A stretch of 64,000 nt of DNA from Nitrospirota bacterium (GCA_013388555.1 JACAFD010000056.1:8331-72330), one strand, 5' to 3'; shown: positions 25,611 through 36,109, counted from the first letter of the stretch. The notes: a model not told the origin generated them from the sequence alone. Numbers and translations are program-made.

Positions 25611-27002
25611 ATGTTTCGCAAGACGCAACAGATTCACTTGGTCGGAATCGGAGGGTCTGGGATGAGCGGCATCGCCGAGGTGTTGCTCACGATGGGGTAC
25701 AAAGTGACTGGTTCGGACCTGCAGGCCTCCGATACGACGCGGAGGTTGGAAGAGCTCGGCGGCCGCATCTTTGTTGGCCATCAGGAGTCCAATGTGGGAG
25801 AGGCGCAGGTGGTGGTCATTTCCTCTGCCGTGTCGGCACAGAACCCCGAGGTTGTGGCGGCCAAAGCGAAACAGATTCCCGTGATTCCTCGGGCCGAGAT
25901 GCTCGCGGAATTGATGCGGCTAAAATTTGGAGTCGCCATTGCCGGTGCGCACGGAAAGACCACGACGACGTCGATGGTGGCCAATGTGCTGGCACAGGGC
26001 GGGTTGGATCCGACGATGGTGATCGGAGGTAAAGTGAATGCGCTGGGGAGTCATGCCCGCCTTGGGCGTGGAGAACTCCTCGTGGCGGAAGCCGATGAGA
26101 GCGACGGGTCGTTTCTGCGCCTGTCTCCGACTATTGTTGCGGTGACGAATCTCGATCGGGAGCATCTTGATCACTATGGCAGCATGGAGCGCATCAACGA
26201 GTGCTTTCTCGAGTTTATCAATAAGGTGCCCTTCTATGGATTAGCCGTGTTGTGTGCCGACGATGATCGGCTCAGGGCGCTCTTCCCGAACATCGTGAAG
26301 CGCTATCAAACCTACGGGCTTAGTGAGCGTGAGGGCATTGTGCCGGACTTTTTTGCCACAGAGATCAACTTGAACCAATGGGGCGCCGAGTTTCGTGCAC
26401 AGTACCGTGGGCGCAATTTAGGCCCGTTCCGTCTGGCGGTACCTGGCCGGCACAATGTTTCCAATGCACTTGTGGCAATCGCGATCGGCATCGAATTGGA
26501 TGTGCCGGTAGACCTCATCAGAAAAGCGTTGGCAGCCTATAGCGGGGTAGAGCGCCGCTTTCATCTCCGAGGTGAAGCCAATGGGATCATGGTCGTGGAC
26601 GACTATGGACATCATCCGACTGAAATAAAGGCCACCTTGGCTGCAGCAAAGCAAGGGTGGGGAGACCGGCGGTTGGTGGTGCTATTTCAGCCGCATCGCT
26701 ATACCAGAACGCGAGACCTGCTGGAGGATTTTGCGAGGGCCTTCGACCAGTCAGACGTCTTGTTCCTGGCGGATATCTATGCGGCTGGAGAGCAGCCGAT
26801 TCCCGGAGTGTCAGGAGCCAAGCTGGCCGACATTGTTCGTGCAGCCGGCCATCCTTCTGTGACCTTTGTGGAACAAAAAGATCAGTTGGTGGATCAGGTG
26901 TTGCCCCATCTGAAACCGGGGGACATCATCATCACATTGGGGGCGGGGGATATTTGGAAGGCAGGGGTTGGGCTGTTGGCTCGATTGAACCCCGTTACGT
27001 GA
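25611..27002 (+). CDS. murC: UDP-N-acetylmuramate--L-alanine ligase MurC
   Basis: MFRKTQQIHLVGIGGSGMSGIAEVL is a typical MurC N-terminus. P-loop AGAHGKTTTTSM. The track ORF start at 25455 overlaps murG and adds a non-homologous leader. Confidence 0.93.
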   Translation: MFRKTQQIHLVGIGGSGMSGIAEVLLTMGYKVTGSDLQASDTTRRLEELGGRIFVGHQESNVGEAQVVVISSAVSAQNPEVVAAKAKQIPVIPRAEMLAELMRLKFGVAIAGAHGKTTTTSMVANVLAQGGLDPTMVIGGKVNALGSHARLGRGELLVAEADESDGSFLRLSPTIVAVTNLDREHLDHYGSMERINECFLEFINKVPFYGLAVLCADDDRLRALFPNIVKRYQTYGLSEREGIVPDFFATEINLNQWGAEFRAQYRGRNLGPFRLAVPGRHNVSNALVAIAIGIELDVPVDLIRKALAAYSGVERRFHLRGEANGIMVVDDYGHHPTEIKATLAAAKQGWGDRRLVVLFQPHRYTRTRDLLEDFARAFDQSDVLFLADIYAAGEQPIPGVSGAKLADIVRAAGHPSVTFVEQKDQLVDQVLPHLKPGDIIITLGAGDIWKAGVGLLARLNPVT

Positions 27003-27006
27003 TGTC

Positions 27007-27957
27007 ATGAAGCGAGGTGGTCGACGTGTCAGGGCAGTCGCGAACGTTCATACGCAAGTTATGCAAGCAGGCATACGGGCTGCTGTGGCAGGACTCCGGG
27101 GGACCGTGTCCTTCCAGGCCCCGTTGCGAAACTACACCTCGTTCAAGATTGGAGGACCGGCGGATGTCTTGGTTGAGCCGGCTGATATTGAGGAGGTCTG
27201 TCTGGTGGTCCAGCAGGCGCGCGCCCGCAAGGTTCCGTTCTTCGTTCTGGGCGGGACGAATCTGCTCGTCCGGGATGGGGGAATCCGCGGCATTGTGATC
27301 AGCTTAGCGAGGTTGCGAGGGATCAAAGAAGAACCGGGGTCCGTTCTCTATGCCGAAGGGGGAGTCGGAATGCCGACGGTGATCGGCTATGCCATCCGCC
27401 ACTCCCTGACGGGACTGGAATGGGCGGCGGGAATTCCAGGAACTGTGGCCGGCGGTGTGGTGATGAACGCCGGTACGAAGCTCGGAGAAATGAAGGATTC
27501 GGTCAAGGCTGTTCGCATGGTGAATATGAAAGGCCAAATCGTAGATCTGGAGGCAGCCCGGGTGAGGTTCGAATATCGACGAGCCTTGCTGCCCCGCGGC
27601 ATCGTCGTGGGGGCCTGGCTTCAATTGAAGCCAGGGGTCCGATCGGAAATTGAGCGAATGGTCAAGGACTACCTCCGCTATCGACGGGATACGCAACCAC
27701 TCGCGCTGCCGAGCGCCGGTTGTGTATTTAAGAACCCGCCAGGCGACTCCGCGGGCCGATTGATCGAGGTAGCCGGCCTCAAGGGGGCACGCGTCGGCGA
27801 TGCAGAAGTTTCAATGAAACATGGCAACTTCATCGTGAATCGGGGACACGCGTGCGCGGCGGACGTGGTGGCGCTGATTGGGAAGGTCCGCAGCTCTATT
27901 CGTCGTCGAACCGGGGTGCGGTTAGGTCTTGAACTAAAAATCGTAGGGAAGGCCTAG
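27007..27957 (+). CDS. murB: UDP-N-acetylenolpyruvoylglucosamine reductase MurB
   Basis: 316 aa. Contains LRNYTSFKIGGPADVLVEP, GGTNLLVRDGG and GCVFKNP. The true start may be an internal Met. Confidence 0.92.
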   Translation: MKRGGRRVRAVANVHTQVMQAGIRAAVAGLRGTVSFQAPLRNYTSFKIGGPADVLVEPADIEEVCLVVQQARARKVPFFVLGGTNLLVRDGGIRGIVISLARLRGIKEEPGSVLYAEGGVGMPTVIGYAIRHSLTGLEWAAGIPGTVAGGVVMNAGTKLGEMKDSVKAVRMVNMKGQIVDLEAARVRFEYRRALLPRGIVVGAWLQLKPGVRSEIERMVKDYLRYRRDTQPLALPSAGCVFKNPPGDSAGRLIEVAGLKGARVGDAEVSMKHGNFIVNRGHACAADVVALIGKVRSSIRRRTGVRLGLELKIVGKA

Positions 27958-27961
27958 CGGT

Positions 27962-28972
27962 ATGAGCGAGCCTTGTTCGACAGAGCGATCCCTTCTGACC
28001 CGAGCCCGGATCGGGGTCTTGATGGGTGGGCAATCGGCCGAGCGCGATGTGTCGCTCCGGACAGGGGGCGCGGTGCTTCGGTCGCTGGTCCGTCGTGGCT
28101 ACAACGCAGTGGCGATCGATGTCGGGCCGACGCTTTTTCAGGATTTGCAGGACCAGAAGATCGAATTGGCGTTTCTCGCGTTACACGGACCAGGCGGTGA
28201 AGATGGCACGATTCAAGGATTCCTTGAGACCCTGGGAATTCCCTATACAGGATCCGGTATCCAAGCCAGTGCGATCGGCATGCATAAAGTTACCACGAAA
28301 ATGCTCTTGATCTCGGCGGGCATTCCTGTGCCCGCGGGCACGGTTGTGAAGCGCGGGACCAAAGTCTCACAGGCTACCGTGATGCGGGCGGCGAAATTGC
28401 GCTTGCCCGTCGTCGTGAAACCTGCATCGCAGGGGTCCACGATCGGCGTCACCATCGTGCGGAAGCCGGCACAATGGCGTGACGCCTTGGCCCTGGCCCA
28501 TCGCTACGATGTGGATGCGATGGTCGAGGCCTATATCCCGGGGCATGAAGTCACGGTGCCGATTATTGAGGGGCGTCATACTTCTCCATTAGCACTCCCA
28601 GCCGTGGAAGTTATCGCTCCGGGAGGCTTTTACGATTTTGCAGCGAAGTATGAGTCAGGGAAAACTCAGTATCTCTGTCCTGCGCCATTGACTGCGGGGG
28701 TGACTCGGCAGATTCGGGCCTTGGCCCTGCGCACCTATGAGGTGCTGGGCTGTGAAGGTGCAGCCCGGGTCGATTTTCGTATCACCCCGCGCGGCCGCCC
28801 TGTTGTGCTGGAGATTAATACGGTGCCGGGCATGACTGAAACGAGTTTGTTGCCGATGGCGGCGGCACAGGCCGAGATTGACTATGATGAACTGACAGAA
28901 CGGATTCTCGAGTCCGCACTCGCTCGCGCAGCCCGCTTCGATCGTTCGTCAGGCGGAGGGAGCATGCGATGA
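27962..28972 (+). CDS. ddl: D-alanine--D-alanine ligase
   Basis: 336 aa. Contains IGVLMGGQSAEREVSL, LHGPGGEDGTIQGFLE and an ATP-grasp C-terminal half (EINTVPGMTETSLLP). Confidence 0.95.
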   Translation: MSEPCSTERSLLTRARIGVLMGGQSAERDVSLRTGGAVLRSLVRRGYNAVAIDVGPTLFQDLQDQKIELAFLALHGPGGEDGTIQGFLETLGIPYTGSGIQASAIGMHKVTTKMLLISAGIPVPAGTVVKRGTKVSQATVMRAAKLRLPVVVKPASQGSTIGVTIVRKPAQWRDALALAHRYDVDAMVEAYIPGHEVTVPIIEGRHTSPLALPAVEVIAPGGFYDFAAKYESGKTQYLCPAPLTAGVTRQIRALALRTYEVLGCEGAARVDFRITPRGRPVVLEINTVPGMTETSLLPMAAAQAEIDYDELTERILESALARAARFDRSSGGGSMR

Positions 28973-29838
28973 AGTTGTTGTTCCGGAGGCGAGCGGTGAG
29001 AGAAGTCGGCCCTCGGCTGAACCAATGGAAGGGCGCGCGTGCCAGTCAGGTTTCGGATCTGCGGCAACAGGTGCGTTGGAAGAGACTCGTCTCGCAGGGG
29101 CGCTGTGCGTTGCGCGTGGGGCGATGGATCGTCGGTCTCGCGGCATTGGTTTGGTCTTTGACCATCGTCACGCAGGAGATGGGGCCGGTTGTTCAGAGCT
29201 GGCTGGAAATCCGGGAGGTAGAGGTGAAGGGTATTCACCGCGTGACAAAAGGGGAAGTATTGGAGCGGCTGGTCTTGAAGCCCGGTATGGGGCTTCATCA
29301 AGTCAGCACATCGTTTCTAGCTGAGCGAGTGCGAACGCATGCCTGGATCAAAGAGGCGACGGTCGAACGCAGGCCGCCGCATCTCCTGTATGTCACCATA
29401 GTAGAGCGTACACCTGCTGTCATCGTTCGGAGCGGTGCGGACCATTGGTTGAGCGATGAGAGCGGATACCTTCTTGCTAAATTTGGCAGGCAGGATGACC
29501 GGACGCTCCCGTTATTGACCGGGTTGGATCTCCAGTCTCTCCAGCGTGGGGAGGCAGGGGCCCGCAATGCAGTTCAGTCCGGGGTCGTGCTGGCGAAGCT
29601 CATCGCCAATACCTTCGACGGGCGGGTTGAAATTGACCTCACGAATTCCTCGAATGTGCTGGCGTCAGCCAATGGGGTGAGGTTTCAGTTCGGTGACGAT
29701 TCCTTGGTTGGCCAATGGGACCGGTTCAGAAAAGTGAAGCCATCATTCAAAGCTGCCGCGCTCGATGGCCGGAAACGTGAAGTGAGCGAGATCGATCTGC
29801 GTTATGACAATCGCGTCATTGTGCGGGAAGGGGTGTGA
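28969..29838 (+). CDS. ftsQ: Cell division protein FtsQ (POTRA domain)
   Basis: 289 aa, with a single TM segment (IVGLAALVWSLTIV) and a POTRA-like IREVEVKGIHRVTKGEVL. ATGA overlap with ddl. Canonical position. Confidence 0.85.
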   Translation: MKLLFRRRAVREVGPRLNQWKGARASQVSDLRQQVRWKRLVSQGRCALRVGRWIVGLAALVWSLTIVTQEMGPVVQSWLEIREVEVKGIHRVTKGEVLERLVLKPGMGLHQVSTSFLAERVRTHAWIKEATVERRPPHLLYVTIVERTPAVIVRSGADHWLSDESGYLLAKFGRQDDRTLPLLTGLDLQSLQRGEAGARNAVQSGVVLAKLIANTFDGRVEIDLTNSSNVLASANGVRFQFGDDSLVGQWDRFRKVKPSFKAAALDGRKREVSEIDLRYDNRVIVREGV

Positions 29839-31079
29839 GAGCTGTGCCGAAGCGTGATCACATTCTCGTGGGGTTGGATATCGGGACCACGAAGATTTGC
29901 GCCATAGTTTCAGAAATCACCGATGGAGGGGCGCTCAGCATCATCGGGGTCGGATCCAGCCCGTCGCGAGGGCTTCGAAAAGGCGTTGTGGTCGATATCG
30001 AGAGTACCGTGGAATCCATCAAGAAGGCAGTCGAGGAAGCAGAGCTGATGGCGGCGGTCCAGATCAATTCTGTCTATACCGGCATCGCCGGCAGCCATAT
30101 CTCTGCGGAGAATTGTAAGGGGGTCGTGGCGCTCAAAAAGGCAGAAGTCACGCGTGAAGATATCCACCGTGCGATCGAGAGCGCGAGGACTCTGGCGGTC
30201 ATCCCCCATGAACGACGGATTCTTCACGTGCTGCCCCGTGAATTCATGGTGGACGGGCAGGAGGGGGTTCGGGAGCCGCTGGGTCTGTCCGGAAACCGTC
30301 TCGAAGTCAACGTGCATGTGATCACCGGCGCCGTGACGTCAGCGCAGAATATCATCAAGTGCGTGAACCGCGCGGGGCTCGATGTCGTGGATATGGTCCT
30401 GCAGCCGCTGGCTTCCAGTGAGGCTGTCCTCAGCCTGGAGGAGCGTGACTTGGGAGTCGTCATGGTTGATCTCGGGGGTGGAACGACGGACCTTGCGATT
30501 TTCCTCGACGGGAGTATCAGGCACTCGGCTGTCTTGCCGATTGGTGGGCAGAACCTTACGAAGGATCTCGCTATCGGGTTGCTGACCTCTCAGACCGAAG
30601 CCGAAAAGATCAAGTTGCAGCGCGGAATCGCCCGAACAGGATTGGTGCAGGGCCATGAAACGGTGGAGGTCCCGTCTGTCGGGGACCGTCCGGCACGCAC
30701 GTTTTCTCGTCGTGACATTGCTGAGATTCTTGAGCCGCGTGTCGAAGAGATATTCGAGCTGGTGCGTCGGGAAATCACGCGCGCCGGCTACGAGGGCATG
30801 TTGGGGGCGGGGGTGGTGGTTACAGGCGGAACGTCGTTGTTGGAAGGGATGCCTGATGCGGCTGAGCAGGTCTTGAATCTTCCGGCACGCCGCGGTGCGC
30901 CCAGTGGGATCGGAGGGCTTCGCGACATCGTCAGTAATCCCATGCATGCCACAGGTGTCGGTCTGCTGCTCCACGCCCGGCACCATGCTGAGGAGATGGC
31001 GACGGCTGGTCTGCGGAGCGGACGGCCCATGTATAAAGTCTTCGATCGTATGAAGTCGTGGATGTTCGAGTTCTTTTAA
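29835..31079 (+). CDS. ftsA: Cell division protein FtsA
   Basis: 414 aa. Actin-fold motifs LVGLDIGTTKICAIV and VMVDLGGGTTDLAIF. GTG start overlaps the ftsQ stop. Confidence 0.95.
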   Translation: MRAVPKRDHILVGLDIGTTKICAIVSEITDGGALSIIGVGSSPSRGLRKGVVVDIESTVESIKKAVEEAELMAAVQINSVYTGIAGSHISAENCKGVVALKKAEVTREDIHRAIESARTLAVIPHERRILHVLPREFMVDGQEGVREPLGLSGNRLEVNVHVITGAVTSAQNIIKCVNRAGLDVVDMVLQPLASSEAVLSLEERDLGVVMVDLGGGTTDLAIFLDGSIRHSAVLPIGGQNLTKDLAIGLLTSQTEAEKIKLQRGIARTGLVQGHETVEVPSVGDRPARTFSRRDIAEILEPRVEEIFELVRREITRAGYEGMLGAGVVVTGGTSLLEGMPDAAEQVLNLPARRGAPSGIGGLRDIVSNPMHATGVGLLLHARHHAEEMATAGLRSGRPMYKVFDRMKSWMFEFF

Positions 31080-31130
31080 CCACTCTGCGAGGCGGATGGC
31101 CGTGACGCGGATTCTATCAAGGGAGGTGTC

Positions 31131-32330
31131 TTGATGTTTTCATTCGAAGAGGATGTCGTGTCCCCTGTGCGGATCAAAGTGATCGGTGTCGGAGGCGCCG
31201 GGTGCAACGCACTGAACACCATGATCATGTCCGGATTGGCGCGGGTCGATTTTATTGCCGCGAATACTGATCTGCAAGCGTTGGATCGGTCGCAGGCGTC
31301 GTATAAAGTTCAACTGGGGCCTGAGAGGACCAGGGGGCTCGGCGCTGGGGCAAAGCCGGAAGTCGGGAAAGACTCTGCGCTAGAAAGCAAAGATCAGATT
31401 CGGGAATGTCTTGAGGGTGCAGACATGGTGTTTGTGACTGCGGGGATGGGCGGTGGGACTGGGACTGGTGCCGCGCCGATCGTGGCGAGCATCGCACGCG
31501 AACTCGGTATCTTGACGGTCGGGGTCGTGACGAAGCCTTTTTCATACGAAGGTCATCGCCGGATGATTCATGCGGATGAAGGGATTCGTGATCTCCGTCG
31601 CCATGTGGATACCTTGCTCGTAATTCCAAATCAGCGGTTGCTCGGCATCGTCGACAAAGCGACACCGTTGCTCGAAGCCTTCAAGGTGGCCGATGATGTC
31701 CTCCGACAGGCCATTCAAGGGATTGCGGATGTGATTACGACCACAGGCCATGTGAACGTGGATTTCGCTGATGTCCGCACCGTGATGTCGCATACGGGTC
31801 GCGCCGTGATGGGCATGGGGGTGGCGTGCGGGACGAATCGGGCGATCGAAGCGGCGCAAAAGGCGATATGCAGTCCGTTGTTGGAGGAAGGTAGTGTGGA
31901 GGGTGCGCGCGGTGTGTTGCTGAATATTACCGGTGGTCCCAACATGTCGCTGCATGAGATCGAGGAAGCGGCCACGATTGTCCAACAGACAGCCGATCCT
32001 GAAGCCAATATCATTGTCGGACAGGTGATCAACCCAGATATGGGCGATGACCTGGTCGTGACGGTAATTGCCACAGGATTTGAACCGAAGGAGCAATCTT
32101 CTCAGATTCCCGTGGCTGCGGCTCGGGCTTCCCGTGCCGGGCAACAGACGATGAACGGCGCTGGACAGACAATGGGAGAACGATCGTACGGGGAACGACC
32201 CCTCAAAGATCTCGACCGTCCAACCTTCCTGAGGCGGATGGGGGATGCAAGAGAGTCGATGGAGCGCACTGCGGCGGTTGTTGATGATGAGTGGGATGTG
32301 CCCACGTTCCTACGCAAGCAGGCAGACTGA
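31131..32330 (+). CDS. ftsZ: Cell division GTPase FtsZ
   Basis: 399 aa. Contains [13 protein letters not shown], the tubulin signature [12 protein letters not shown], and the C-terminal peptide [14 protein letters not shown] 31134 is an alternative to TTG 31131. Confidence 0.97.
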   Translation: MMFSFEEDVVSPVRIKVIGVGGAGCNALNTMIMSGLARVDFIAANTDLQALDRSQASYKVQLGPERTRGLGAGAKPEVGKDSALESKDQIRECLEGADMVFVTAGMGGGTGTGAAPIVASIARELGILTVGVVTKPFSYEGHRRMIHADEGIRDLRRHVDTLLVIPNQRLLGIVDKATPLLEAFKVADDVLRQAIQGIADVITTTGHVNVDFADVRTVMSHTGRAVMGMGVACGTNRAIEAAQKAICSPLLEEGSVEGARGVLLNITGGPNMSLHEIEEAATIVQQTADPEANIIVGQVINPDMGDDLVVTVIATGFEPKEQSSQIPVAAARASRAGQQTMNGAGQTMGERSYGERPLKDLDRPTFLRRMGDARESMERTAAVVDDEWDVPTFLRKQAD

Positions 32331-32374
32331 GCCGCTAGGACTGTAGGCGTAAGTCATTCCGGTGAGGCAAGGTC

Positions 32375-33109
32375 ATGGGTACAGCGGTGATCACAGTTCC
32401 TGCTTTCTCCTCTGCGCGCGACGGTGTCCGACATTTCTTCGGCACGCGCAGCCATGCGGACTCTCTGGCGCTTGATATAGGAGTACCCGTTCGTCGGTCT
32501 AGAGTGCAGGGGAGTGGCTGGCTCCTGTCCGTCAAACAGGTACATGGCACTGATGCCTTGGTGGTGGATCGTCCGCTCACTGAATCGGATCAGTTCCTCG
32601 GCGGGTGGGACGCCTTGGTGACCGATCAACCCGGCGTGACGGTGGCGGTGCGTACGGCGGATTGTGTCCCTGTGCTCGTGCATGACTCGCGGCGGCGTGT
32701 TGTAGCGGCGATTCATGCCGGGTGGAGGGGCGCAGTTGCAGGGGTCGTTTTGAGGACGATCACCCTGATGGCAACCAGATTTGGGTCGACGCAGTCTGAT
32801 CTACGGGTCAGTATTGGCCCCTCGGCCGGTCCCTGCTGCTATGAAGTAGACGCTCCGGTGCTCGACCAGCTTCGAAAGGGATTGCCTGAGTGGCAGTCGG
32901 TCGTACGGGGCTATCGAGGGCACAGGGCTCGATTGGACCTCAAGGCCTTGATCCGACGGCAAGTGGAGAGGCAGGGTGTGCCTGCACCCTCTGTCTCCGT
33001 CGTGAATCTCTGTACAATCTGCCATGATCAGCTCTTTTATTCCTATCGACGAGAAGGCCGCGTGAACGGGACGATGGTCAGCGGCATTACGCTGCTCTCT
33101 CATCGATAG
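32375..33109 (+). CDS. pgeF: Peptidoglycan editing factor PgeF (YfiH/DUF152, YlmD-like)
   Basis: 244 aa. KQVHGTDALVV, TADCVPVLV, IHAGWRG and CTICHDQLFYSYRR match the DUF152 His/Cys motifs. Immediately downstream of ftsZ, as in ylm clusters. Confidence 0.85.
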   Translation: MGTAVITVPAFSSARDGVRHFFGTRSHADSLALDIGVPVRRSRVQGSGWLLSVKQVHGTDALVVDRPLTESDQFLGGWDALVTDQPGVTVAVRTADCVPVLVHDSRRRVVAAIHAGWRGAVAGVVLRTITLMATRFGSTQSDLRVSIGPSAGPCCYEVDAPVLDQLRKGLPEWQSVVRGYRGHRARLDLKALIRRQVERQGVPAPSVSVVNLCTICHDQLFYSYRREGRVNGTMVSGITLLSHR

Positions 33110-33130
33110 GAATGCGTCCGGGTGTGCGCG

Positions 33131-33160
33131 CTGACATTTGCGGAACGGTTTCGGTACAAT
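33131..33160 (+). promoter_or_regulatory. Sigma70-like promoter candidate upstream of proC-yggT-divIVA
   Basis: CTGACA (33131-33136), 18-nt spacer, TACAAT (33155-33160). Confidence 0.3.
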
Positions 33161-33230
33161 ATTTTCTGAGCTTCCGAGAGATGACGGCCGAATGGACCAC
33201 TGATTTTAGGTGTACGATGAGTCTAGCGCA

Positions 33231-34082
33231 ATGATTACAAACAAGATTACGTTCATCGGGGGTGGCCAGATGGCTGAGGCCATGATCAGCGGCCTCCTCT
33301 CGGGACAGGTTTGTTCTGCTGAGTCAATATCGGCGACGGACCCCGTTGCTGAGCGCCGTGATCGCCTAAAAAGTCAGTTCGGTATTCGAATCGGTTCCGC
33401 CAACCGTGAGGCTGCCGCCTGGGCTGATGTCGTTGTCTTGGCGGTAAAACCTCAGAATCTTCCTGCCGTGCTCAGCGAGCTTGGTCCGACCCTGGCCCAT
33501 GCACTTGTGATTTCGATTGTGGCAGGGGTGACGATTCGGACCATTGCAGAACAGGCGGGCGGGGCAACGAGAGTGGTCCGTGCGATGCCAAATACTCCGG
33601 CATTGGTCCGGGAGGGTATGACGGCACTTGCAATGGGTGCCGGGGTATCTGACGATGATGCCGGCCTGGTTCGAACGATATTCGAAACCGTCGGCCGCGT
33701 GGTTGCAGTTGAAGAACGACTCATGGATGCGGTGACGGGGTTGAGCGGGAGTGGGCCGGCCTATGTATTTCAGGCCATCGAGGCGTTGGCAGACGGGGGG
33801 GTTATGATGGGCCTGCCACGGCAGACCGCCGAACTCCTGGCTGCACAAACTGTGTTCGGCTCGGCTCGTTTGGTGCTTGAGTCAGGAGTGCACCCCGCTC
33901 AACTGAAAGATCGGGTGGCCTATCCCGGAGGCACGACTATCGCCGGGCTTCATCAGCTCGAACAGAGAGGATTCCGCGCTGCGCTGATGGCGGCGGTCGA
34001 AGCGGCCACCACACGGTCGAGGAGTTGGGGCGCTGATGTTTGTCGCGGGCAATGCTCTTTCGGCAGTGGCGACCATCCTTGA
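33231..34082 (+). CDS. proC: Pyrroline-5-carboxylate reductase
   Basis: MITNKITFIGGGQMAEAMISGLL is the NADP Rossmann N-terminus. RAMPNTPALV and YPGGTTIAGL are ProC motifs. The 3' end overlaps yggT by 47 nt. The track start at 33210 is an in-frame alternative. Confidence 0.9.
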   Translation: MITNKITFIGGGQMAEAMISGLLSGQVCSAESISATDPVAERRDRLKSQFGIRIGSANREAAAWADVVVLAVKPQNLPAVLSELGPTLAHALVISIVAGVTIRTIAEQAGGATRVVRAMPNTPALVREGMTALAMGAGVSDDDAGLVRTIFETVGRVVAVEERLMDAVTGLSGSGPAYVFQAIEALADGGVMMGLPRQTAELLAAQTVFGSARLVLESGVHPAQLKDRVAYPGGTTIAGLHQLEQRGFRAALMAAVEAATTRSRSWGADVCRGQCSFGSGDHP

Positions 34083-34332
34083 CTATGTGCTATGGCTCTA
34101 CATGTGGGTGATCATCGCTCGAGCCCTGATCTCGTGGGTTAACCCGGACCCATGGAATCCAATTGTGCAATTTCTGAATAGAGCGACTGAACCAGTGTTG
34201 GCGCCGATTCGTCGGATGATTGGGCTGCGGATAGGTATGGATGTGTCACCAATCATTGCGATACTGGTCATTACCTTCCTGCAAATCGCGGTTGTGCAGT
34301 CACTCAAAGAATTGGCTATGAGGATGAACTGA
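34036..34332 (+). CDS. yggT: YggT-family membrane protein (YlmG-like)
   Basis: 98 aa with two hydrophobic helices. IIARALISWVNPDPWNPIVQFLNRATEPVLAPIRR is the YggT signature. Confidence 0.85.
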   Translation: MFVAGNALSAVATILDYVLWLYMWVIIARALISWVNPDPWNPIVQFLNRATEPVLAPIRRMIGLRIGMDVSPIIAILVITFLQIAVVQSLKELAMRMN

Positions 34333-34333
34333 G

Positions 34334-34864
34334 ATGACCATGGGGGATGCCATGAAAATTACACCACTTGATATCCAGCAAATGGTGTTCAAGGTCAGCA
34401 TGCGCGGGTATGACAAACAAGAGGTCAATCGCTTCCTTGAAGAGTTGGCGCAGACTATCGAATCGTTGAATCGAGACAACGCGGTTCAGCGAGAAAAGAT
34501 CATATTTTTGGAACAGCAGCTCGCTGAAATGAAGCGGACGGAAGCGACATTGTCGAGCACCCTCTTGTCTGCTCAATCGCTGGCCGATGATGTAAAACGG
34601 AATGCTCAGCGGGAGGCGGATCTCGTCATCAAGGAGGCTGAACTGAAGGCAGGAGAACTGATCCATCGGGCCAGGGTCGAGCTGACCGATATGCAGAGCG
34701 ACATCTCGTCGCTCCAGAAACAGCGGTTGCTCATGATTGAACGACTGCGCGCGTCGTTACGGATGTTCGAGCGTCTGTTTGAAGTGGAAGAACGGGAAGC
34801 GTTACATGACGCCGCGACCGCATCGGAAGAAAAGCTCGAAGGAGAATCGAGCCCGGCGTTGTGA
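34334..34864 (+). CDS. divIVA: DivIVA-domain protein
   Basis: MKITPLDIQQMVFKVSMRGYDKQEVNRFLEEL is the DivIVA N-terminal lipid-binding domain, followed by a coiled coil. The likely start is the Met at 34352. Confidence 0.85.
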   Translation: MTMGDAMKITPLDIQQMVFKVSMRGYDKQEVNRFLEELAQTIESLNRDNAVQREKIIFLEQQLAEMKRTEATLSSTLLSAQSLADDVKRNAQREADLVIKEAELKAGELIHRARVELTDMQSDISSLQKQRLLMIERLRASLRMFERLFEVEEREALHDAATASEEKLEGESSPAL

Positions 34865-34885
34865 GCTGTTAGACCTGACTGGTTC

Positions 34886-36100
34886 TTGTTCGAGGATTCG
34901 GTCCGTGGTTTGGTTCTCGCCACCCTGCAGCAGATTCCCGCACCCATGACAGATGTCTCCCCTATGGCTACCCCTCGCGTCATTCAGGACGCACTGCAAT
35001 CGGCTATTGACGACAGTGTCTTTCCCGGTGCCCAGTTGGCGGTGCGCCTGGGAGGCGAGTTGCAATGTGTGGCTGTGGCCGGGCGGTTGTCTTCAGAGCC
35101 TCCCGGGGTTCCCGTACAGTCCTCAACAATCTATGACCTCGCCTCGCTCACGAAACCGCTGGCAACGGTTACGTCCGTCCTGCTCCTGATTCAGGCCGCC
35201 AAAGTTGCTCTTGAGGATTCTGTTCAACAGATATTAGCCGAACTTGAAGGGACCCCGATCGGTCAGGCAACAGTGCGGGACCTCTTAACCCATCGTTCAG
35301 GTCTGCCAGGATGGCGACCGTTCTATGAGTGGCTTGACGGACGGGGAATTACCCCCGGGCTCTCTAGCCTGGATCAGCCCTTCAAGCAACGAGTATTGCA
35401 AATGATTCGCAATGAACCGTTGATCTATGCGCGCGGGGAGCGAAGCATTTACAGCGATCTTGGATTCATGTTGTTAGGATTTGTGGTGGAGCGTCTCAGT
35501 GGAGTTGCGCTGGATCTTTGGTGCGAAGAAGCCATCTTCCGACCGCTACGGGCCGATCCACTGGTGTTTTGCCCTACGGCAGAGCGGCCGCAACTCGGAG
35601 TCGGATCCCCAACCGTTGATGTATCAGGCATCGCGCCGACCGAATGGGATGAGTGGCGCAACCGATTACTCTGCGGGGAAGTGCACGACGAGAACGCCGC
35701 GGCTATGGGTGGCATTGCGGGTCATGCCGGGTTATTCGGGACTGCTGAATCGGTGCTGGCTGTCTCCGGAGCCTGGCTCTGTGGTTACCATGAAAGAGAC
35801 TCGATGCTGGACGGAAGACTTGTCAGGCAGTTCACGGCCCGCCAAGAACTGCCTACTCGATCGAGTTGGGCGTTGGGATGGGACACTCCGTCAGTGCCCT
35901 CCTCTTCGGGGTCATTTTTTTCCGAGAAGTCGTTCGGGCATCTAGGATACACCGGGACGTCACTCTGGATTGATCCCCTGTGCGAGTTAGAAGTGGTGCT
36001 GTTGTCCAACCGCGTGCATCCGAGCCGGAGGAACGAGAAGATCAAGACCTTTCGCCCCTATATCCACGATCTGGTATATCGGGAGTTTGTATCTGCGTGA
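34886..36100 (+). CDS. Serine hydrolase, beta-lactamase (class C) / PBP-like family
   Basis: 404-aa ORF. The S-x-x-K motif occurs in YDLASLTKPLATV, followed by YSDLGFMLLG (YxN-like region) and HLGYTGTSLWIDP (KTG-like HxG). The start is probably an internal Met. Confidence 0.75.
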   Translation: MFEDSVRGLVLATLQQIPAPMTDVSPMATPRVIQDALQSAIDDSVFPGAQLAVRLGGELQCVAVAGRLSSEPPGVPVQSSTIYDLASLTKPLATVTSVLLLIQAAKVALEDSVQQILAELEGTPIGQATVRDLLTHRSGLPGWRPFYEWLDGRGITPGLSSLDQPFKQRVLQMIRNEPLIYARGERSIYSDLGFMLLGFVVERLSGVALDLWCEEAIFRPLRADPLVFCPTAERPQLGVGSPTVDVSGIAPTEWDEWRNRLLCGEVHDENAAAMGGIAGHAGLFGTAESVLAVSGAWLCGYHERDSMLDGRLVRQFTARQELPTRSSWALGWDTPSVPSSSGSFFSEKSFGHLGYTGTSLWIDPLCELEVVLLSNRVHPSRRNEKIKTFRPYIHDLVYREFVSA

Positions 36101-36109
36101 TAGTCTAGG

